A stretch of DNA of 64,000 nucleotides from Eledone cirrhosa (taxonomy: Eukaryota). The notes beneath the pieces were generated by a model that was not told the origin of the DNA, ran no database searches, and worked only from the letters and a program-made list of their open reading frames with translations. The position numbers and the translations under genes were made by a program. This document shows, in pieces, positions 55,401 through 64,000 of this stretch (position 1 is the first letter of the stretch; each line of letters starts with the position of its first letter). The stretch covers positions 75,020,001 through 75,084,000 of the forward strand of contig OZ024747.1 of the NCBI GenBank assembly GCA_964016885.1. Reading direction: 5' to 3'.

Positions 55401-56499
55401 TTAGGTCGCCTGCAATAATTATATAGTCACTGTCAGATATTTGGGAGGTAGTGAGCATCAGTGTCTCATAGAATCTGTCTTTTATAGTGCCGGGCAGTCC
55501 GGATTGGGGTGCGTACGCAGATATTACTGTCACCGTAGTTCTATTGAGGACAAGTCGTATTTTAATTATTCTGTCGTTCACTCTATTTACGTCTATTATC
55601 TTATCCGCCCACTTTTCTGCTACCATGATTCCTACTCCACCCAGCCCATCGTCGTTTCCCACCCAGAAAAGCTTATAACATCGTTTTTTACCCTCAATGA
55701 ATCTAGCAGACCCACCCCTCCACCTGGTCTCTTGAATACAACAAACATCGACCTCCTTACGTTCAAGCATTTCTACAACCTCATTAGCGCGCCCCTTTAG
55801 GGTGCCTACATTTATGGTACCAACTCTGAAGTTTTGGATCGCGTTTGGAGGGTGGGGGTGGTGTGGGGCGGGGGGAGATGGGGTTATGTTAGCCATCCGC
55901 GGGCGAAACAAAGAAGAGTGCTCGCATTCTCGTCCACGAGGTGAATTTGACTTTAGCATTGGCATTTTCGCTCTGAGCGTCCAGATTTTTCTCTCCCTTC
56001 CACTCTCCAGGATTCCGCAGTCCGTCCATCCATCCATCCATCATATATCGAAGGCAACCGTGCAAGCGATAGTATAGGCCTCTGGCTTATGATTGGTCCG
56101 CGTAATAATAATAATGGTGATGCGTGTGGGGGGGGGGGGTCTCTGGCTTATAGTAATAATGGTGATGCGTGTGGGGGGGGGTCTCTGGCTTATGATTGGT
56201 CCACGTATTTAGAATGGTGGTGTGTGGGGGCGGGTGGGAGGGATCTGGGGTAGCTAGCTGGAAGGTTATGAATGTTTAACAGCGAGTAACAAAAAGCAAA
56301 ACTGCAAGATTTGTTCTGTTCAATACGACAAAAACACCGTATTTAAACCTTAATAAATAACAAAAAAAATACAGATTTCGGATTTTGCGGGATTGGATGT
56401 TTGGTCTATGTACGAAATTGTGGTGTGTGGAGTAGATAGGAAAAACGTGAACGTTACGATTACATGGTTACACCGTAGTAGGGGTAGTTGAAGCAGCAA
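52427..56499 (-). mobile_element. Longest (probably full-length) family B RTE-type LINE, with one frameshift
   Basis: ORFs 54274-56037 (APE) and 52782-54302 (RT) join if one base is removed from the T run at 54286-54289 (CTTTTGG versus CTTCGG in the intact copy). It extends about 70 bp further 5' than the 38625 copy and has TA flanks. Confidence 0.96.
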
Positions 56500-56516
56500 T
56501 ATATATATATATATAC

Positions 56517-56554
<38 letters not shown>

Positions 56555-56839
56555 TTATATATATATATATATATATATATACATTTATATATATATATAT
56601 ATATATATACATTTATATATATATATATATATATATACATTTATATATATATATATATATATACATTTATATATATATATATATATATATACATTTATAT
56701 ATATATATATATATATATATACATTTATATATATATATATATATATATATACATTTATATATATATATATATATATATACATTTATATATATATATATAT
56801 ATATATACATTTATATATATATATATATATATATACATT

Positions 56840-56872
<33 letters not shown>

Positions 56873-56898
56873 ATATACATTTATATATATATATATAC

Positions 56899-57031
56899 AG
56901 GAAATGTGATTGGTGTTAGGAAGGGCATCCAGCTGTAGAAAACCCGCCAGACAGTCCTATGCGAGCAAGACAACCACTCTTGCCTCAAGTGCGAAAACTC
57001 CCCTTCAAACCCATGCAAGCATGGAAGATGG

Positions 57032-57035
<4 letters not shown>
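56899..57035 (+). mobile_element. Short 3'-UTR fragment of a family B-like LINE, sense orientation
   Basis: GGTGTTAGGAAGGGCATCCAGCTGTAGAAAACC..CTCTTGCCTCAAGTG..CCCATGCAAGCATGGAAG between TA tracts. Confidence 0.85.
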
Positions 57036-57080
<45 letters not shown>

Positions 57081-57383
57081 TTATATATTTATATAAATTT
57101 ATGTATAAATATATATATATAAATTTATATATTTATATAAATATATATATATATATAAATTTATATATATATAAATATATAGAAAGGATCAAAAGGACGA
57201 TTGATTATTCCTTCATTGCATTTATTGATAGGTGACGCGCGTTTCGCCACTGATCAGCTCAAGGTTCGATCTATATATATAAATTTATATATATATAAAT
57301 TTATATATATATATAAATTTATATATATATATGTATATATATATATAAATTTATATATATATATAAATTTATATATATATATG

Positions 57384-57460
<77 letters not shown>

Positions 57461-57467
57461 TTATATT

Positions 57468-57498
<31 letters not shown>

Positions 57499-57585
57499 AT
57501 TTATATATATATAAATTTATATATATATATATTTATATATATATATAAATTTATATATATATATATTTATATATATATATAAATT

Positions 57586-57620
<35 letters not shown>

Positions 57621-57712
57621 AAATTTATATATATATATATTTATATATATATATACATTTATATTTATATATATATTTATATATATATAAATTTATATAT
57701 ATATATAAATTC

Positions 57713-57748
<36 letters not shown>

Positions 57749-58016
57749 AAATTTATATATTTCGTTTCTGAATTTATATATATATAAATTTATATATATA
57801 TATATATATACATATATATTTATATATACATATATATTTATATATATTTATATATACATATATATTTATATATATATATATTTATATATATATTTATATA
57901 TATATTTATATATATATTTATATATATTTATATATATATATATATAGAGAGAGGTTAGAGCATTGGTCTTGCAATCAAAAGGTTGTGAGTTCAATATATA
58001 TATATAAATGTATATA

Positions 58017-58869
58017 TCATCATCATCATCATCATCAACGTTTAACGTCCGTGTTCCACGCTTGCATGGGTTTGGACGGGGGTAGTCCCACTTGAGGCAA
58101 GAGTGATTGTCTTGCTCGCATAGGACTGTCTGGCAGGTTTTCTACAGTTGGATGCCCTTCCTAACACCAACCACATTTACAGTGTGGGTCTGGGAGGTTT
58201 TTACCGTGTTGCCTACACGGCCACATTACAGCGTGGACTGTGTGTTTTTTTGTCGTGACACCTACACGATCTCATTTGTTTCGGCCTCGATGGCGCGGCA
58301 CCAACATAACTTTACATAGAACGGGGTGGTGTGGATCGGGTGGGGGTGGGGGTGGTGGGACGGGGTGTATTTTGTTAGAGATGCCTACTGGCTGGAGTAG
58401 GTTTTACTATATATTTAGGTAAGGCGGGTCTTCTCTGTTACTGAGTACCGCCAAAGGTCACGGTCCAGTGACATTGTCTTGGAGAGGTGTAAGTGTGTGA
58501 GGTCGGAGTTTATCAGCTCATCCCATATTTTTCTAGGTCTGCCTATTCCGTGGCTACCGTCTATCTTTATTGCCCTGCACTTTGTTATACAGCTATCGAC
58601 TTTCATGCGCATCACGTGTCCATACCAACGTAGCCTTCTCTCGAGTAAACAACATCTGATCCCTCTTATCTCTAATTTATTCCTTAGTTCGTTTATGCTT
58701 TGCCGTTCACGTATATTACTGTTACACATCCAGCGGAGCATGCAAGCTTCGTTCCTCTCTAGTCTGCGTATATCCTCTGCACACAATGCCCAGGTCTCAC
58801 TGCCATGCAGCATTGCTGTTCGTATGCAGGCATCGTACAACCTGCCTTTCATTTTTAGTGAGAACCCTT
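58017..58869 (-). mobile_element. 5'-truncated family B LINE
   Basis: ORF 58415-58852, 3' UTR of the 38625 subtype, (CAT)n tail and TA flanks. Confidence 0.95.
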
Positions 58870-58887
58870 ATATATATATATATATAA

Positions 58888-58921
<34 letters not shown>

Positions 58922-58943
58922 GTGTATATATATATATATATAT

Positions 58944-59325
58944 AACGGAGGAAATGTGGTAAGGAACCAGGTGGACCATAATGCACCAAAGTACTCAATA
59001 CTTAGGGTAGTAGAGTGGGTAATAGGAACGAGTAGGACCCCGACGGCTGAGCTCAAGCCGTTTCGACGGCTAATTCTGGACTAAACGAAAATTTTTATCC
59101 TGGCAGGTTCAGCTACCCCTTCCCTCCACAAATTGCCATGATAGAATTATTAATTCTCAACAACCAACTTTTGACCAATCCTTGTGACAATCACTTTTAC
59201 CATATATGGAATTACCCCTTGAGAAGCTCAGCTATTCACATACCAGGATAAAAATTTTCATTCAGTCCAGAATTAGCCGTCGAAACGGCTTAAGTTCAGC
59301 CGTCGGGGTCCTACTCGTTCCTATA
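58944..59325. mobile_element. Short TA-embedded dispersed element with an 82-bp internal inverted repeat
   Basis: 59022-59103 is a near-exact reverse complement of 59243-59324. Related copies at 38058-38194 (opposite strand) and about 29290-29340. Confidence 0.7.
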
Positions 59326-59376
59326 TATATATATACATTTATATATATATATATATATATACATTTATATATATAT

Positions 59377-60711
59377 ATAGTCCTGCAGGCAATAACGGAG
59401 GAATTTAAGACCGGATGCCCATGGGAACTCCTGTATGCTGATGACCTCGCACTCATAGCTGAATCTATGATAGAACTAGAGAATAAATTCCAAACCTGGA
59501 AGCAGGGACTAGAGAGAAGGGGTCTCAAAGTCAACATGACAAAGACTAAGGTCCTTGTAAGTAGACGAGAAAACAGAACCCAGATCCCCTCAGGGAAATG
59601 GCCTTGCTCAGTATGTAGGAAAGGTGTAGGTAGGAACTCCATTCTCTGCCCCAAATGCAAACAATGGGTACACAAGAGATGTAGCGGGATCTCAGGAAGC
59701 TTAATTAAGAATGTAGGATTCACATGCAGCAGCTGTGCTGAAACAGCAAGCGGCAAACAGCCACAGGAAACAAGTACCACCAATCTCTGGGAGGGCCCTG
59801 TAGAAACAGTAGACAGCTTCTGCTACCTAGGTGACCGAATTAGCAACGGAGATGGGTGTTCAGAAAGTACAATAACTAGGGTAAGAACGGGATGGAAGAA
59901 GTTTAGGGAAATACTACCACTGCTAGCTGCAAAAGGCTTCTCCCTCAGAATGAAAGGCAGACTGTATGATGCGTGTATCCGAACAGCGATGTTGCATGGT
60001 CGTGAGACCTGGGCGCTGAAGGTGGAAGACTTACGTAGATTAGAGAGAAACGAAGCCTGCATGCTCCGATGGATGTGTAACAGTAATATACGTGAACGAC
60101 AAAGCATAAATGAATTGAGAGAGAGACTGAGCATAAGAGGAATCAAATGCTGTGTGCAGGAGAGGCGGTTGCGCTGGTATGGACATGTGATGCGTATGAA
60201 GGATGACAGCTGCATAAAAAGGTGCAGAGCACTAGAAGTTGATGGAAACCGCGGAGTGCGGAGACCCAAGATGACCTGGGATGAGGTGATAAAAGCCGAC
60301 CTTACCCAATTACACCTCTCAAAGACAATGACACACGACCGTGATTTCTGGCGTCACACAGTAATACAGAGTACCCGACCTCCCATGGGTACATGCTGAA
60401 GCATATAAACAATATGCCCCAACACCCCTCACTGCAAGGTGGTCGTGGAGGTGCCACGGCAAAAAAAGCACCCAGCCCACACTGTAAAGTGGACGTGTAG
60501 GCGCCACGAAAAAGCACCCAGCACTCACTGTAAATGAAGTTGGCGTTAGGAAGGGCATCCAGCTGTAGAAATCAAGCCAGATCAGTTCCTGTATGAGCAA
60601 GGCATGGTCAGCCGACCAGACACTGCACACAACAGGACAACCCGTCTAACCCATGCTAGCGTGGAAGAACGGACGTAAAACGGTGATGATGATGATGATG
60701 ATGATGATGAT
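59377..60711 (+). mobile_element. 5'-truncated RTE-type LINE, family A
   Basis: Open frame from IVLQAITEEF through YADD and the PHD finger to the stop at 60399, then 3' UTR and (GAT)n tail; TA flanks. Confidence 0.95.
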
Positions 60712-60719
60712 ATATATAA

Positions 60720-60761
<42 letters not shown>

Positions 60762-60832
60762 CGTTTCTGAATTTGTTTAGCAAGATTCTTTATCTGAAAA
60801 CGTGTGTTGAAACCGATATACACACACACAGG

Positions 60833-60869
<37 letters not shown>

Positions 60870-61410
60870 TACATTTATATATATCTATATATAACTCATT
60901 TTATTGTAAATAAGTGGCTATTACTGAATCTTCTGTGGCAGGGAATTCTAGCTGGTGTGTGTGTGGTGTAGTATAGAGTGATAATACTACTAAAATTTGC
61001 TTTAAGTTCAATTTGAGCAGGGAAGTATTTTGGTTGAAATGTACTCCATGGAAGCAACATGAAAATAAATTAGCTGCGAATACATTATCCAGTGTAGATG
61101 CTGTACGTTGTAGTAGTATCATATATTGATTTTTTTTTTATTAATATATTATCAAGGGATATATTTATATATATTATGTTTTATAAATATTATCTGTCAG
61201 AGGGGAAAAAACAAACATTTTTATGCCTAGTTGTTTGTTTATTTTTCTTTTGCTTTTATTGTTTCACTAAATAGCTTCCTGTAGCACAGAAATGGTAATT
61301 AATGCAGTAGCTAATCACAAAATTACAAAGCTGTTTGTTATAGGCAAATGAGGATTTTGGCAATAATTATGTGTAAATTGTAGATGAAGTAGATGAATGC
61401 CTACTAAGCC

Positions 61411-61441
<31 letters not shown>

Positions 61442-61779
61442 ACCCACACCCACACACCCACACACACGATATCCTCTATTAATCCTTTAGTTACCAACCC
61501 AGCTAAAACCAGCTCTGGTTGTATGAAATAAAACCACCCAGTTTAAAGAGTTCCATTTCAAATTACAATCTTTCAACATAATTTTATATAAGAACCTTAC
61601 ATTAAGTTACTATCTTAGTAATGAATTAATTTATAATTTTAGTAAATAACTCAAAATTCTTCATTCATTAATTAAAATAGAGTATATTTCATGAAATATA
61701 GTCATGAAAGGGTTGAGGTGTACAGGTTTAAATAATGTTCTTCCTCAATTAATTATCCAATAATTAAATAATATTATGG

Positions 61780-61975
61780 TTTCTGATGTAGGCACAAGGC
61801 CAACAATTTTGGGTGGGAAGGGGAAAGTCGATTACTGGTACTTTATTTTATCTACCCCGTAAGGACAAAGGGCAAAGCTAACTTCAAGGGCAGGATTTGA
61901 ACTCAGAATGTAAAGGGCCATAACTACATACTGTAAAGTATATTGTCCACTGCTCTACCGATTCTACCAATTTAC
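61780..61975 (-). mobile_element. SINE, same family as 10098-10885
   Basis: ACTGGTACTTTATTTTATCTACCCCGTAAGGA..GGATTTGAACTCAGAA. Confidence 0.75.
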
Positions 61976-62084
61976 TACCCTTATATAGTCTAAGTTGGAA
62001 CATATAAGTCCCTGGCTACAGATAAAGTGAACAGTGTCACCTGTGGGACTTGCCACATGCTGTGTGCATATGTTGCTATTTCAC

Positions 62085-62343
62085 CTGCATGTGTATATCA
62101 TCATGGACAAGTGTCTTTAATCTTAGTTTTGGAGCAATTCAAGCCTTGTGAGTGAAATTGGGTAAATAGAAACTGTTTGGAAGCCAATTGGATGAACTGG
62201 ACTCTACCTTTCCAATATAGGTAGAGTCCAGTTCATCCAATTGGCTTCCAAACAGTTTCTATTTACCCAATTTCACTCACAAGGCTTGAATTGCTCCAAA
62301 ACTAAGATTAAAGACACTTGTCCATGATGATATACACATGCAG
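62085..62343. repeat. Perfect inverted repeat, 125-bp arms, 9-nt spacer
   Basis: 62085-62209 is the reverse complement of 62219-62343 with no mismatch seen; spacer TTCCAATAT. Confidence 0.97.
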
Positions 62344-63930
62344 AGGGATTGAACCTGAGAACTCATGTTTAAGTCTGTTCTAAGTTGAAGGCTCATCAGG
62401 CCAATGCTTATCCTTGGTTTTCTTGGTGTTAAAACGACTGAAAGTACAAGACTCCCTGTACAAGATGCTGGTCTATTGCAGGGTTAACTCACCATCTACT
62501 GCTGGTATTCACTCTCATATATAGACTCAGTTGAAATATATTATCAACTCCATTCCTTTACTTCTAATATATCTTACCACCATGGTTATATCATATCAAA
62601 GTGTTTTGTTGAGAAACCTTATAATCTTTCTTATATTCATAAGTCTGCTCGTTCTCAAGATAAAACCTGCTGACTTATGATTTTTAACCATTTTTCTTTC
62701 TTTCACCTCTCTATAAATATCACACAAAAGACTATTTATAGAAGTTACTTGGTTGGTATTTTCAAGGTTGCTGTAAAATACTTGTTTACTATTTTAAACT
62801 GATTTGTAAACAACACCGTCTCTCACTATGTGGTTTCCTCTTTGTCACTGTTAGTCATAGACAAGTTTCCACCTGTATAATCACTAACAGTAGTTGTACC
62901 TGGTTTCCACTTGTGTAATCAACAACAGTAGTCATAAGTAAATTGATGTGGATGTTTACTATCATGACGACTGAAATGTTTTTGCATGGATGAAATTAAA
63001 AAACACTTCCTATCTTTTTGTGGAACTCGCCCACTCAGGCCCAAACACTCCTAACTTGGGTGGGAATATATTTTAATGGAATTCTATTTAATTATCTATT
63101 TAGACCTGACCTATCCCTGTTCTCCCCACTCACTGTACTTATTGACTAAAGAGTAAAAGCAAATCAAAATCACTCTGCACGTTGCTGTAAATACTATAGC
63201 ATTGTATCCTTAGGCAAGGTTGCCTTCTATCTAACTAGTTTTACTCAGTTTTTGTTTGGTTCAAATCTTAAAATGTTCACCATTGAGTTAAGGAGTAATA
63301 TGTTGGTTTATGGCAGTGAAGATTTCCAGTGTTCTTAGGCCCCAGACCACATCTCTGCTCACCTTTATTGGAACAGATTGGTCCCCACACCACATCCATG
63401 CTTACTGCTATCAGAGCTGGCTCCCTAACCACATAGATAGTAAATTTGGCTGCTCTCTGATGTGTTTGTGGTTGAACCTGTGGCAGTGGAGACTTCTTGG
63501 CCCCCAGACCATATCCTTGCTCACTTCTATCAGAGTGGAGTTGGCTGTCTGTGGGTGCAAGCCACACAAAGTGGAGTGGCTGTTCCAACACATCTCCCTC
63601 ACCACACTCTGGAGAAATGTCTTCACCATCCTATTGGCTAGGACCATGAAGCAAACTGACCTTTCAGTTTCATTAATGATGGTGGCATCTAGATTAGATT
63701 TATTTCCATAAGGATGGTTAATAAAAGTGAAAACATTTAATAGTAACTCTCTTCTCTACCTAGCTCACTATTTATTGCTTAATTTGAATTGCTAAATAAC
63801 TATATTTCACCTTTTTAGCACTATGACCTTTTGATACACACACACACACATATGTAAAAGTATTTGATAAAGCTTAACTCTACTTGGACCAAATATAGAA
63901 ATAGTTGTTTTGTCTGATTAAAGAAAAAAA

Positions 63931-64000
63931 GAAAATTTTAAATTACACTTCTGTACATTTTTGCATTTATTTTTCTACCTATAATTTTTGATTTGTATAG
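63931..64000 (+). promoter_or_regulatory. Possible 3' splice acceptor at the window end
   Basis: About 68 nt of T-rich sequence with no AG, ending in TTTGTATAG. The exon would lie outside the window, so this cannot be verified here. Confidence 0.3.

Noticed and set aside
56400-56499. Self-cleaving (HDV-like) ribozyme at the LINE 5' end, as known for some RTE elements
   Set aside because: I could not fit the nested double-pseudoknot pattern by eye; a covariance search would be needed.
59206-59376. Novel N-terminus fused to RT in ORF 59206-60399 (similarly 8301-8366)
   Set aside because: Chance read-through from an adjacent repeat and TA tract into a 5'-truncated LINE.
63277-63711. Overlapping ORFs in a GC-richer patch with degenerate internal repeats (GGCCCCAGACCAYATC..TGCTCAC)
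   Set aside because: No Ig/FN3 motifs or convincing splice sites; probably an old repeat.

Overview
Eukaryotic, AT-rich, microsatellite-dense genomic DNA. The repeat repertoire suggests an octopod cephalopod (inference, not tested). The only host coding sequence I can support is one 294-bp phase-1/phase-1 exon (4248-4541, +) encoding an Ig domain most similar to Ig1 of LAR-type receptor tyrosine phosphatases. The rest looks intronic and includes a 200-N assembly gap at 50960-51159. The window is dominated by a non-LTR retrotransposon system: RTE-type LINEs with a single APE+RT ORF, in two related families (A on +, B on -). One B copy has an uninterrupted 1146-aa ORF and another has a single frameshift. 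These LINEs carry a C4HC3 PHD finger inserted inside the RT and end in (GAT)n tails, and every ORF-bearing copy sits in a (TA)n/(TA,TG)n microsatellite. Their 3' UTR contains a run of four predicted H-type pseudoknots with compensatory changes, part of which is shared with a tRNA-derived SINE, and the B 5' region has repeated CCAAT/ERSE-II-like monomers. Also present are other SINEs, TTAA-flanked and hAT-like MITEs, short Penelope-like remnants with inverted duplications, several minisatellites and a perfect 125-bp-arm palindrome. Repeat boundaries were read by eye and are approximate.
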